DNA of 37,755 nt from a virus (taxonomy: Duplodnaviria; Caudoviricetes), in the IMG/VR virus record IMGVR_UViG_3300037467_000574, positions 1 through 37,755 of that record; one strand, 5' to 3'. A program made the position numbers and the translations under genes. The notes beneath the pieces are model-generated. The model was given only the letters and a program-made list of their open reading frames with translations. It searched no databases and had not been told where the DNA came from. How positions within the stretch are numbered: the first letter of the stretch is position 1; each line of letters begins with the position of its first letter. Positions 8,655-17,131 of this stretch are shown here, in pieces.

Positions 8655-8873
8655 CTAGGAATCTTCTTCCTCGTTCGCGTCGGTCTCCTCGTCAGCGCCG
8701 ACCTCATCCGGGTTGCGCTCCTCCCAACGTTCGAGCACGTCGTTGTTGAAGTGCTCGCTAACCGCTTCGTAGACCCCGGGGACCATCAAGACGGCTTCCA
8801 TCCCCTGCTCCTCCATAATCTCAAGGAGGTGTTCGCGGAAGTCGTCGTTGGACATCTTGTCGTACTTACCCAT
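8655..8873 (-). CDS. Highly acidic small protein
   Basis: AGGAGG RBS before the ATG at 8873; D/E-rich C-terminus. Confidence 0.75.
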   Translation of the reverse strand: MGKYDKMSNDDFREHLLEIMEEQGMEAVLMVPGVYEAVSEHFNNDVLERWEERNPDEVGADEETDANEEEDS

Positions 8874-8883
8874 TGTAGACCTC

Positions 8884-9288
8884 CTAGTCTCGCTCGAACT
8901 CGGTAATACGGAGCTTGCGGGGACCGCCGCGTTGGTCGGCAAGGCGCTTAAGCTGGGCGTCCCAGCCTTTGTGTTCGCTCCAGCGGAGGTTAGGGCGCTG
9001 CGCACGTAACTTCTCCTTGAGCATCTTGAACTCCCAGTCGTCCAGTACGCCGGTGATATGAAGCTCGGAAGCCAGCATAATCTGGCCGTTGTACCAACCC
9101 CAGGCGTTAAGGAAGGCGCTTTGGCCGGTAGGGGTGTAGTTGAAGAAGTCGCTTAGAGCCGTCACGACCGCCTTGCGATGGTTCTCAAGGTCCACAACTT
9201 GCCGCATAGCCGCGTCCCGTTGACCAACCAAGATGTTTCGAGCATTGTTAATTTCACGGGCGAGGTTAAGGTCGTCATTGGCTTTCAT
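8884..9288 (-). CDS. Hypothetical protein
   Basis: AGGAGG RBS; tiles in the operon. Confidence 0.7.
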   Translation of the reverse strand: MKANDDLNLAREINNARNILVGQRDAAMRQVVDLENHRKAVVTALSDFFNYTPTGQSAFLNAWGWYNGQIMLASELHITGVLDDWEFKMLKEKLRAQRPNLRWSEHKGWDAQLKRLADQRGGPRKLRITEFERD

Positions 9289-9296
9289 ACGCCCTC

Positions 9297-9641
9297 CTAG
9301 TGGGGATGCTTGGCTTGTACCGTTTCGGCGTAGTTTACCACCGCCTCGTCCACGGCGGCGGACATCTGTAGCTGCTGCGCCGTTGTAGCCAGTTGGTGTG
9401 CAATCCGGCGTTGCTCGGCGATGTCGCGCCTGCGCAGGGCGACGGCCGCAGGCAAGAGGCGTTCGGCCAACGCGGCCTCCTCACCCACAGGCGGGTACAG
9501 CGCGCCCCAGGTAATGGCCTCGTTGAGCATCACGGCGCGCAGCTCGCCATCGGGGACGTTGTGGGCGATGTGGGACAGAATGTTGGAGTAGTCCCAGTCG
9601 GGACGCAGCCAGTCAGGCTTTCGGGGCACAGCGGGGTTCAT
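9297..9641 (-). CDS. Hypothetical protein
   Basis: ATGA overlap with the upstream gene. Confidence 0.7.
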   Translation of the reverse strand: MNPAVPRKPDWLRPDWDYSNILSHIAHNVPDGELRAVMLNEAITWGALYPPVGEEAALAERLLPAAVALRRRDIAEQRRIAHQLATTAQQLQMSAAVDEAVVNYAETVQAKHPH

Positions 9642-10012
9642 TCTTCTTCTCCTTCGAAGATGCTACCTTCCACGGCCAGTTCGAGGCCACGTCGGATGTA
9701 CTTGCAGAACTTGTCCCAGTCAGAGGTCACCGTGGTAGCCTTGCGCCCGTGGAACGCGTTGACCGAGCCACCGATGTCTCGGCCGAAGCTGGCGCACAGC
9801 CTTTCGGTGCTTACCCACGAGCACATGAACGCGGTATCCCCGGCGTCCAGGCTGACGAACCCCTTGAGTTTGCCAGCCCGGAGGGTCAGGTAGACCTCGC
9901 GGGGCCGGTCGATGTCCACTTCGGCGGTCGCTCCAACCTCTGCGGCCAACGCGCACAAGGTCTCCGACGCTTTCTTGCGGTCGTCGGCTCTGCTCAAGGC
10001 TTTGGGTTGCAT
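9638..10012 (-). CDS. Hypothetical protein (MQPKALS...)
   Basis: AGGAGG RBS before the ATG at 10012. Confidence 0.7.
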   Translation of the reverse strand: MQPKALSRADDRKKASETLCALAAEVGATAEVDIDRPREVYLTLRAGKLKGFVSLDAGDTAFMCSWVSTERLCASFGRDIGGSVNAFHGRKATTVTSDWDKFCKYIRRGLELAVEGSIFEGEEE

Positions 10013-10020
10013 ACGTCCTC

Positions 10021-10176
10021 CTAGTGGCGGCAGTCGGGACACTGGTCCCAGTCGTGATAGCCGTGGTCGCACGGCGCTTGCGGTTCTTGGGGCTGCATAG
10101 CGGCCAGCGCCACCAGGGCCGTTAACAACGACCCCAGGGCGCACCCCGTTACCAACCCGATGCAGAAGCCTACCAT
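10021..10176 (-). CDS. Small membrane protein with C-terminal CxH..CxxC, 51 aa, not in the ORF track
   Basis: MVGFCIGLVTGCALGSLLTALVALAAMQPQEPQAPCDHGYHDWDQCPDCRH; GGGAG RBS; fills the gap exactly. Confidence 0.65.
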   Translation of the reverse strand: MVGFCIGLVTGCALGSLLTALVALAAMQPQEPQAPCDHGYHDWDQCPDCRH

Positions 10177-10179
10177 CGT

Positions 10180-10398
10180 CTACTCCCGCTTGGCGAACAC
10201 GGCGGTCACCTTGGGCTTGCCCACGATGACAATGTTCTCCTTGGCCTCGTGGAAGATGCGTTCGACGTGGTTAACGCTTTCCCGCCCGGCCTGGTCGTAA
10301 ATTTGATTGACGGTGCAGTCGTTACCCCAGGTACTACCCGCGTCCAATTCGATGGTCAGTTGGACGCGAGCGCGGGCCGTTGTTTGGTCTTGTGCCAT
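10180..10398 (-). CDS. Hypothetical protein (MAQDQTT...)
   Basis: GGAG RBS; tiles in the operon. Confidence 0.65.
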   Translation of the reverse strand: MAQDQTTARARVQLTIELDAGSTWGNDCTVNQIYDQAGRESVNHVERIFHEAKENIVIVGKPKVTAVFAKRE

Positions 10399-10402
10399 CG
10401 TT

Positions 10403-10813
10403 CTAGACTCCGACGATGGTGTACCGCTTGGCGGCGTATAACTCGACGCGTTCGAACAGGTGCTTGTACGCGCCATTCAGGTCGTCGGTGTAGTGGCCGT
10501 GCGCCCACTCGTTGTCCCCCACCCGGTACCAGCCCGTCACGTAGTCGCCAGGGCCGTTCTCCAGGAGGATAATGCCGCAAGGCCCGGTGCTTTGCACCTC
10601 CGTTTGCACGAACGCCAGCACGCGCTTACCCCGCAGCTTGAGCGGGACCTGGATGCTGTTGCGCGCGTTCTTGCTTTCTGCCTTGCCTCGGGCTTCGGCG
10701 GCCAGCAAAGCTTGTTCGAGGGCAATCACGGCCCCATCAAACTTGGCAGGCACACCGATGGACCGTTCGAGCGCAGCCAGAAGGCTTTGTGCTTGTTCGC
10801 GGCAGTGTCCCAT
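10403..10813 (-). CDS. Hypothetical protein
   Basis: GGAGG RBS; C-terminal YVTGWY...WAHGHY domain. Confidence 0.7.
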   Translation of the reverse strand: MGHCREQAQSLLAALERSIGVPAKFDGAVIALEQALLAAEARGKAESKNARNSIQVPLKLRGKRVLAFVQTEVQSTGPCGIILLENGPGDYVTGWYRVGDNEWAHGHYTDDLNGAYKHLFERVELYAAKRYTIVGV

Positions 10814-10816
10814 TGT

Positions 10817-11290
10817 CTAAGCCTCCCCGTTCTCGATGGCGGCGATGTTGCGTTTGTGGTGCTCGCGCTCCTCCGCATCGTTCTCGCTCTGGACGGTGTG
10901 GTCGATGAGGGCATCGAGGGCCTTGATGGCGTCCTTCGCCAACTCCTCGACGTACCCCAGGCCCAAGGTGTCCTTGAGCGTTTCGCCCGGCTGGAACTCG
11001 ATGTGGCCCATCGACAGGCCGGTCAACGGGCGGCCCTTGCGGATGACCGTGGCGCTCACGATGACATCCCAGACGTTGGCGATGTTGACCTGGTGTTCAC
11101 CCATACGGGCGAGGTCGTCCAGGCTGGACGGCGCGTAGGTGGTAGGCTGGCGGCGTTGCGCCACCAACACCCGGTTGGGCCAGTCCCGGTTGAGGAAGTC
11201 CAGGTACACCGCGTTCTCGCCCAGACGGAACGGCGACATATCCGGGTCAACCTTGATGCCGGGGTTTTCGGGGTTAGCGTTCTCGCTCAT
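10817..11290 (-). CDS. Hypothetical protein (MSENANP...)
   Basis: GGAG RBS; ATGA overlap with the upstream gene. Confidence 0.7.
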   Translation of the reverse strand: MSENANPENPGIKVDPDMSPFRLGENAVYLDFLNRDWPNRVLVAQRRQPTTYAPSSLDDLARMGEHQVNIANVWDVIVSATVIRKGRPLTGLSMGHIEFQPGETLKDTLGLGYVEELAKDAIKALDALIDHTVQSENDAEEREHHKRNIAAIENGEA

Positions 11291-11589
11291 TTCGGTTCTC
11301 CGTACTTGAGGGCCAATTCGCGGAACCACAGCGGCAACACGAGATTGACCTGGCCTTCTACCTTTGATAGCTCCGCTTCCACGTCGTACGCGCCAAGCGG
11401 CATAGCGGCGTAGTAGGGCAACACGCTGAAGGCTTCGCGGAGTACCTTCGACGCGTCGTACGCCAGCATATCCAACCGGGCTTTGCTGACGCGGCGTTCC
11501 TTGATGACGCCCTGGGCGAGCTTGGTGATGACGATGAACGAGGCTTGGTAGGCAAGCTGTTCTTCCCGGCTGGCAGGGTTAGTGGTCAT
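11287..11589 (-). CDS. Hypothetical protein (MTTNPAS...)
   Basis: GGAGG RBS. Confidence 0.7.
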   Translation of the reverse strand: MTTNPASREEQLAYQASFIVITKLAQGVIKERRVSKARLDMLAYDASKVLREAFSVLPYYAAMPLGAYDVEAELSKVEGQVNLVLPLWFRELALKYGEPK

Positions 11590-11839
11590 TGGGGTCCTCC
11601 AACTCGACTTCCCAGTGGTCGCGGTGCATATCGCTTTCCGCGCTGCTGATGCCCCGGTCCTCGACCGTGTAGCTGCTGATGCCACCGCCCGCCAGGAAGA
11701 TGGCTTGCCGCCGCACCCAGTCGGGGTCCTCCGGGTCGTAGGTTTCCAGGATGGGGTCCAGGTAGACCCGGCGGAACTCGGTGCGCACGACGGGCACCTT
11801 GACGATGGCGTAAACGCCTTGCTTTTCCTGCTCGCTCAT
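11579..11839 (-). CDS. Hypothetical acidic protein
   Basis: AAGGAG RBS. Confidence 0.7.
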   Translation of the reverse strand: MSEQEKQGVYAIVKVPVVRTEFRRVYLDPILETYDPEDPDWVRRQAIFLAGGGISSYTVEDRGISSAESDMHRDHWEVELEDPNDH

Positions 11840-12184
11840 TTAAGACTCCTTGTAGAACGCGGTGGCGTGGGCAATCTCCTTGTCGTAGCTTTCCTTGTCG
11901 GGAGCCACAACGACAGTGATGTCGCCTTCGGTGTACGTGATGGTCATCAACGCCTTCGGGTTGGTCCAGACGATGCGGTACGGCCACTCGGTCCAGTTGC
12001 GCCGCAGCGTGAACCCGGGGCACTCCCGTTCGACGTAGCCCGCCACCTCGTTACCTTCGGCGAGCGTGAAGGCTTTGTACAGGTCGGCGTGCCCCGCGTT
12101 GGTAGCGCGGTCGGGCTGGGCGTTCTCGCCCCCTACCAAGAACCGCTTGGCGAAGATGTGGATGGGCTTGAGGTCGTTATTCAT
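11840..12184 (-). CDS. Hypothetical protein (MNNDLKP...)
   Basis: Tiles in the operon; codon bias. Confidence 0.7.
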   Translation of the reverse strand: MNNDLKPIHIFAKRFLVGGENAQPDRATNAGHADLYKAFTLAEGNEVAGYVERECPGFTLRRNWTEWPYRIVWTNPKALMTITYTEGDITVVVAPDKESYDKEIAHATAFYKES

Positions 12185-12425
12185 GTGCAACCTTCCCGTT
12201 CGGCAGGCAAGCCCGCCACACACCGTTGACCAACACTTCGAACTCGATAGGGTGGTAGTGTGGCACCACGCAGCCCTCAAGGTCCGCTTTGCTGGTCATC
12301 CGCGACAACAGCACCCGGAAGTCGTCTTGCTCCAACTTCAGGTCGGAGAAGTGCCCAACGTTGAGGGTAGGCATCGCCTGCACCTCGGCCAGCGTCAGGT
12401 GGCGGCCCAGCTTATCAACCCACAT
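12177..12425 (-). CDS. Hypothetical protein
   Basis: AAGGAGG RBS. Confidence 0.7.
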   Translation of the reverse strand: MWVDKLGRHLTLAEVQAMPTLNVGHFSDLKLEQDDFRVLLSRMTSKADLEGCVVPHYHPIEFEVLVNGVWRACLPNGKVAHE

Positions 12426-12846
12426 CGCCCAAAGCCTCCTTCAAGCGGTACATCGCCTCGTGAGCGGGGCACAGTTCCCACGCGTTCACCCCCGCTACCG
12501 GCTTGCAGTCGGGGTACGCCGTGCTGTGGAACTGCTCAATCTCCTTGAGAGCCAAGCGCATCGCGTTGTCGGCTTTGGTGCCGTTGATGAGAACACGCTG
12601 GCGGATGAGCCCGTCGATAAGGGACTGTGCCCAGTTGACGGCGTAGAGGATGACGCGGCCGGGGACGCGTTCGGCGGTGTGGCCCACGTCGGAACCGCCC
12701 TCACCGTAGGTGACACGGTAGCCGCCGCTCAAAGGGTAGTTGTCGATGTACCAGCCCTTACGGCCTTCGCGTTCGATGACACCGTGGCCGATGGTACGGA
12801 TTAGGCGGCCGACCGCTTCGGCGACCTTCTTAGTGGTTACGGGCAT
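12415..12846 (-). CDS. Hypothetical protein
   Basis: CCGAAAGGAG RBS (partial copy of the 16-nt element); TAATG coupling. Confidence 0.7.
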   Translation of the reverse strand: MPVTTKKVAEAVGRLIRTIGHGVIEREGRKGWYIDNYPLSGGYRVTYGEGGSDVGHTAERVPGRVILYAVNWAQSLIDGLIRQRVLINGTKADNAMRLALKEIEQFHSTAYPDCKPVAGVNAWELCPAHEAMYRLKEALGDVG

Positions 12847-13301
12847 TAGATTACAACTCCTTTCGGCAAGTTGAGGCGTCGGATAACGAATCGACGCACG
12901 TAAGCGGGGGGACGCGTGGGGAGCCAGCGAACTTGCTGACCTGGGCCATTGGGGTCGTCGATGACCATCCAGCGGGTACGTTCGGTGGGGTACTTCACCG
13001 GGAACACCGACTTAGACCCTAGCACGGCAATCCATTTGCCGTCAATAAGCCAAGCTCTGGCTTTGTCCAGGTCCCCAACCTGATAACCGGACTGGAAGAT
13101 GGCGGCGGTGTTCTTGTCGGGGTTGTACCCACTGTATGCGTAGATGTTCCAGCCGAAGTGCTCGAACTGACTCTTGGGGTCGGGAGCACGTTCGACAACC
13201 CACACGCTAGAGTTGCCGTAGCTGCTGCGCCAAGCATACAGCACGGCATCCACGATGTTGACGCGGTAGCCTCGGAAGGCCGAAGGCACAGGGTTACTCA
13301 T
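12846..13301 (-). CDS. Hypothetical aromatic-rich protein
   Basis: Tiles in the operon. Confidence 0.65.
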   Translation of the reverse strand: MSNPVPSAFRGYRVNIVDAVLYAWRSSYGNSSVWVVERAPDPKSQFEHFGWNIYAYSGYNPDKNTAAIFQSGYQVGDLDKARAWLIDGKWIAVLGSKSVFPVKYPTERTRWMVIDDPNGPGQQVRWLPTRPPAYVRRFVIRRLNLPKGVVI

Positions 13302-13509
13302 ACTTCACCGCCTTTCCGGCCTCGTAGTAGGCCAGAGCGTTCTTGGGAGGCACCGCGCCGTTCTTGTACTGGCACACGTCGAAGCCGCCGTAGAAGCCTT
13401 CTTCCACGGTCCAGATGCCCGTGTAGATGCTGCTCAGGTCTTGAGCTTTGACGGCGGAGTCCTCCTGCTTACGGTGCCACGACCGCTGGTACTCGACGTT
13501 GCTGCTCAT
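13294..13509 (-). CDS. Hypothetical protein (MSSNVEY...)
   Basis: ATGA overlap with the upstream gene. Confidence 0.6.
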   Translation of the reverse strand: MSSNVEYQRSWHRKQEDSAVKAQDLSSIYTGIWTVEEGFYGGFDVCQYKNGAVPPKNALAYYEAGKAVKYE

Positions 13510-13907
13510 CCTTCGATGCACTCCAAGTCCACGGCGTAATCCAGTTCGCCGGGGTCGTTCTCGTCTACGGCGGGGTTCAGCGTGAACACACAGCCGCCGT
13601 AGATGGCCTGACTGACCTTGCGCCACTCCAAGATGTGGGGTTGCTGCTTTTCCTCGGCGTCGTAGGCCCCGGTCTCCCAAGGGTCCATCTGGGCGAAGCC
13701 GATGGCACCCCGTACAGCCAACTCGTCGTCGCTCATATCGGCGTTGACGCCCTGCACGCGGCACTTAGGCAGGCCGATTTTGCGCATACAGCCGACGCGC
13801 TTGCCCTCGGGGTTGATGAAGGCCACGACGTAGTAGGTGCCGTCGTTGGTCACGCGGAACTGCCAACCGGACGAGTTCCGCCAAGTAGTGCTGATGTGGA
13901 CTTCCAC
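13506..13907 (-). CDS. Hypothetical protein
   Basis: GTG start 7 nt downstream of 16-nt element copy 1. Confidence 0.75.
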   Translation of the reverse strand: MEVHISTTWRNSSGWQFRVTNDGTYYVVAFINPEGKRVGCMRKIGLPKCRVQGVNADMSDDELAVRGAIGFAQMDPWETGAYDAEEKQQPHILEWRKVSQAIYGGCVFTLNPAVDENDPGELDYAVDLECIEG

Positions 13908-13914
13908 GGGGTTA

Positions 13915-13930
13915 GCTCCTTTCGGGTAGC
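13915..13930 (-). repeat. Start-associated 16-mer GCTACCCGAAAGGAGC, copy 1
   Basis: Exact repeat containing the SD AAAGGAG. Confidence 0.95.
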
Positions 13931-13931
13931 T

Positions 13932-14273
13932 TTAGAGGCGGTTCGACTCCACGAAGTCGCCCCAGCAAGTAATCCAGATGTGACCGGTGTCAACCTTACG
14001 CATCAGCGTGGTAACGTACGGGTCACCGTGGTTGATGTATTCGGCAATACACTTGCCGTTCTTGTCGATGCCTTCGACGCCGCACCCTTCCGTAATCTCG
14101 TTAAGCGCGGTCATCAGGCGATACGGGTAGTCTGGCGGGTTGAAGCATTGGCGTTCCAACTCTTGCACCGACTTGTAATCGCGGGTCTTACGCTTCTTCG
14201 TGAGCAGTTCCCGCAACTCCTTCCCCTTGCCCGGGAAGGCTTCTTCCAGCCGTTTCTCGCTGGGCACGCCCAT
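13932..14273 (-). CDS. Hypothetical phage protein (MGVPSEK...YINHGDPY...WGDFVE)
   Basis: ATG at 14273 just downstream of copy 2. Confidence 0.8.
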   Translation of the reverse strand: MGVPSEKRLEEAFPGKGKELRELLTKKRKTRDYKSVQELERQCFNPPDYPYRLMTALNEITEGCGVEGIDKNGKCIAEYINHGDPYVTTLMRKVDTGHIWITCWGDFVESNRL

Positions 14274-14279
14274 TGTGTA

Positions 14280-14295
14280 GCTCCTTTCGGGTAGC
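14280..14295 (-). repeat. Start-associated 16-mer, copy 2
   Basis: Exact repeat; a degenerate GCTACCCCACAGGTGGC hairpin lies at 14307-14323. Confidence 0.95.
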
Positions 14296-14322
14296 TCGTA
14301 GACTTCGCCACCTGTGGGGTAG

Positions 14323-14808
14323 CTAGTCCTTGATGCGTTCGAGTTCGAAAGCTGGACGATGCCCGCCGGATTCGCTTCGAACGTCGATAACGTAGATAGT
14401 GTACTCGTCCTCACCCTCGAAGTCAACCGACTTGCGGTGAACGCGGGGCTGGATGAGACCCAGGCGCTTTAGCTCCCCAAACAGGTCTTTGTTGAGGTCG
14501 ATGTTGTACACGTCGCCCTTACGGCGGTCGTTGACCGTAAAGCCGTCCCGGGCGTTGCCCCACAGGTCGTACGACCACTCTTGGAACTTTGCCTCAGCCC
14601 GAGCTTTGACAGTCTTGTGCGCCTCTGCCCAGGCCGAAGCCTGGTTATCTGCGGTGCCGATGACTTCGAAGCTGCCATCGAAGGGCGGGCGCATCGGAAC
14701 CTGGGCCTCCCAGCGCCAGGTACGCTTGTTGTGGACGAGGCGGGCACCGGGGTAGACTTTGGCTACCGCAGCTTCGAACTCGGGCCCGGTGGTGGGAATC
14801 TTGCTCAT
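14323..14808 (-). CDS. Two-domain hypothetical protein (MSKIPTT...)
   Basis: TAATG coupling; N-domain shared with the 17387 and 18334 proteins; C-domain YDLWGN..DGFTVND. Confidence 0.7.
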   Translation of the reverse strand: MSKIPTTGPEFEAAVAKVYPGARLVHNKRTWRWEAQVPMRPPFDGSFEVIGTADNQASAWAEAHKTVKARAEAKFQEWSYDLWGNARDGFTVNDRRKGDVYNIDLNKDLFGELKRLGLIQPRVHRKSVDFEGEDEYTIYVIDVRSESGGHRPAFELERIKD

Positions 14809-15269
14809 TAGGCCATATCCCACGCCATACCCGCCTTGTAGTTCCGGATGCCGTTCTTGGCGTCGTCGTGGGTCTGAATCTGCAAGAACCAGATTTCCGT
14901 GCAACCGACGTTCGGCGCTCCGAAGTCCTGCAACGGGGCGAAGCAGGTTTCGTCCATCGGCCCGTAGTAGATGCCCGCGTAGGCGATACGCCCGTCATCG
15001 TCCACCAGGCGGAAGGGCTGGGGCTGGTACTCCAGCAAGATGGCCCCGGTGTTGGGCCCGACCGGCGACATCTGGCCCACGGCGTTGAGGTTGGTGCCCT
15101 GCGGCTCGAACCGCTCCGCGTTGTTGTCCTGCGTGATGACCCAGAAGTACCCGGTTTCGTGACGCGGCTTCTCGACGGCGCGGGCCAGCACACTCCAGTC
15201 ACCACCCAGCACGGTACCGGTAGGCAGGGAGTTGACCACCGACTTGATAGCGTCAAACAGGTTATCCAT
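14808..15269 (-). CDS. Hypothetical phage protein (MDNLFDA...FRLVDDDG...PLQDFGAPNVGC)
   Basis: ATG at 15269 just downstream of copy 3. Confidence 0.8.
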   Translation of the reverse strand: MDNLFDAIKSVVNSLPTGTVLGGDWSVLARAVEKPRHETGYFWVITQDNNAERFEPQGTNLNAVGQMSPVGPNTGAILLEYQPQPFRLVDDDGRIAYAGIYYGPMDETCFAPLQDFGAPNVGCTEIWFLQIQTHDDAKNGIRNYKAGMAWDMA

Positions 15270-15275
15270 TGTGTT

Positions 15276-15291
15276 GCTCCTTTCGGGTAGC
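15276..15291 (-). repeat. Start-associated 16-mer, copy 3
   Basis: Exact repeat. Confidence 0.95.
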
Positions 15292-15292
15292 A

Positions 15293-15895
15293 CTAGCAGG
15301 CTTCGGCGTTCAGCCAGCCCGTACGTTCGAGGTCGGCGCTAACCGCCTCTTGCATTTCCTTGAGGGCTTCGGCGGCTTTATCCTCCGCTTCCTGCTCCTC
15401 GCGTTGTTTTTCGTTGTACTCGCGTTCGTCCTCCGCGATGCGGTCGGCGAGCTTGTCCGCAGCCCACGCGGCCCGCTGGATGTCGGTGTAGACAGCCCGC
15501 GTGCTCAGTTCGCCAGCCATCTGGGAGGCCGTGTCATCGTTGCCCTCGCAGTAGGCCCAGCCGATGAGGAAGCCCCGCGACTTTGGCAGGCGGAACACCA
15601 GGCCCCGAATTTTCTGGTCCTCCTGGTCGTCGGTGAACCAGCCGGTGTGGTCGATGCCGACCCCGCGCACCCGGTCGCACCACTCCCAGCGCAACCCCGG
15701 CATAAAGTCGCTGCCGTGGTAGAAGAAGGCGTTAGGGGCGTTCGGCTCGGGGGCGACCTGGTAACCGCCCGTGTAGGCGTAGCGTTCCTTGCGGTCCTGC
15801 AAGGTACCCTTGGGCAGTTCCGGCAGGTAGCGCGGAAACGAGAAGCCCGCGAACTCGAATTTCGTTTCGAGTGGACGTTGACGGCCCTTAGGCAT
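15293..15895 (-). CDS. Hypothetical protein (MPKGRQR...) with acidic coiled-coil tail
   Basis: AAGGAG RBS; overlaps the upstream stop. Confidence 0.75.
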   Translation of the reverse strand: MPKGRQRPLETKFEFAGFSFPRYLPELPKGTLQDRKERYAYTGGYQVAPEPNAPNAFFYHGSDFMPGLRWEWCDRVRGVGIDHTGWFTDDQEDQKIRGLVFRLPKSRGFLIGWAYCEGNDDTASQMAGELSTRAVYTDIQRAAWAADKLADRIAEDEREYNEKQREEQEAEDKAAEALKEMQEAVSADLERTGWLNAEAC

Positions 15896-16334
15896 CTTCG
15901 GTCTCCTTGTCTGCTTCGGGGTCACCGTAGCTGCTCTCGATGGCCTTGTTGCAGTTGGAACACTGCTCGGTCGGGCCTTCGTCGTACGCTTGGGCCGCAA
16001 CGATGCGCGGCCAGTCCAAACCCCGCTTTGTGACCTGTTCGAACGCGCACTTGGCGCACAAGAACTCGCAGTCCTTGGCGACGTAAACCAGCGTACCGCC
16101 CCCGGGCCAGTAGTGGCTTTGGAAGCCGTCCACGGCACGGGGCGGGAACACCATCCGCTTGGGGTTCAACACGTCCTTGTGCGCGTAACCCACGCCCCAC
16201 GAAAGCTGGTGCGTCACATACGGCAGCAACGCCTTGATGTTGCCGTTCTTGTGCCAGAACGTGTGCATCGGGTACGGAAGCCAACCGGGCTTGACCGGAC
16301 GGGGGTACTTGCGCCCCTTGACTTTGATGTGCAT
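15888..16334 (-). CDS. Zn-binding hypothetical protein (WPGG...LCAKC...CSNC)
   Basis: ATG just downstream of copy 4; two CxxC pairs. Confidence 0.75.
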   Translation of the reverse strand: MHIKVKGRKYPRPVKPGWLPYPMHTFWHKNGNIKALLPYVTHQLSWGVGYAHKDVLNPKRMVFPPRAVDGFQSHYWPGGGTLVYVAKDCEFLCAKCAFEQVTKRGLDWPRIVAAQAYDEGPTEQCSNCNKAIESSYGDPEADKETEDA

Positions 16335-16338
16335 CCTA

Positions 16339-16354
16339 GCTCCTTTCGGGTAGC
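16339..16354 (-). repeat. Start-associated 16-mer, copy 4
   Basis: Exact repeat. Confidence 0.95.
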
Positions 16355-16362
16355 TTTAACGT

Positions 16363-16489
16363 GCGTAAAGGGTGCTGCCTCACTTCTTCCGCCACCACGG
16401 CCCGGTCCAGACTGATGTGGTGGTTAAACGGGTTGGGCGCATACCGGGCGTCCCCGGCTCTGCCCCAACAGAGGCAGCACCTTTTACGC
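16363..16489. ncRNA. Candidate structured RNA: three-way junction closed by a 19-bp stem
   Basis: Inverted repeat 16363-16381/16471-16489 (18 of 19 Watson-Crick) enclosing two further hairpins; intergenic. Confidence 0.55.
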
Positions 16490-16512
16490 CCGTCGTTAGA
16501 CGAGCGCGGTCG

Positions 16513-16722
16513 TTAGACCTTCCGCGTGGTGTAGCGGTCCTTGATGTGGCTGGCGAAGTAGCTGCCGACGCTTTCGGCGTCCATCATCGCCTCGTACTCG
16601 GAGAACGGCACGTCATCGTACTCGTACGTCGAACCCTTCTTGAACTTGACGCGCAGCTTCTTGGCGTCCTGGTCGTACCCGACCGCCTCGATGTTGCTGG
16701 ACACCACGGTTTGCAGTTGCAC
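16513..16722 (-). CDS. KTSC domain protein
   Basis: VSSNIEAVGYD...LRVKFKKGSTYEYDDVP..Y..MM.AESVGSYF..HIK is the canonical KTSC pattern; AAGGAGG RBS. Confidence 0.92.
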   Translation of the reverse strand: MQLQTVVSSNIEAVGYDQDAKKLRVKFKKGSTYEYDDVPFSEYEAMMDAESVGSYFASHIKDRYTTRKV

Positions 16723-16735
16723 CTTTGTTACCTCC

Positions 16736-17131
16736 TTAGTAATCGTCGTCGTAGCGTTCCCCGGCGTCGAGGTAGTCTACATCCCGGGCCAAGCAACGGA
16801 CCTGTTGGCCGCTGCTGTTGTAGATGGCGTTGCACTTGTCGCAGACGTTGTCCATCGGGTCGTACAGTTCGACCTCCGCGCCGCAGCCACAGCGCAGTAC
16901 CGCCGGAACCATCCAACTCCAGCGGTGCGGCTCCAACCGGGGCTTTACGCCCATACGACGAACCCGGCTGTAGTTTCGCCGGGCCGCACGGGGCATCTTC
17001 TGGACGTTGACCTTGCCCTCACGGTTACAGGGGAACCAGTACCCGGCACCGCGTTCGGGGTCGGTGTCGTAGCACAGGTGGTACTCCACCCGCTCCTCCC
17101 TACGACGGGGGCTGATGATGTTGTCCCGCAT
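16736..17131 (-). CDS. Zn-ribbon hypothetical protein
   Basis: CGCG...CDKC; GGAGG RBS. Confidence 0.75.
   Translation of the reverse strand: MRDNIISPRRREERVEYHLCYDTDPERGAGYWFPCNREGKVNVQKMPRAARRNYSRVRRMGVKPRLEPHRWSWMVPAVLRCGCGAEVELYDPMDNVCDKCNAIYNSSGQQVRCLARDVDYLDAGERYDDDY

Noticed and set aside
16363-16489. Hammerhead ribozyme or retron msr-msd
   Set aside because: CTGATG is followed by T rather than A and there is no correctly placed GAAA core; no reverse transcriptase is present in the window.
16336-16515. Read-through extension of the KTSC gene across the structured region
   Set aside because: The frame is open after the TAA, but TAA is rarely read through, the KTSC domain is complete, and a short open frame is expected by chance at this GC content.
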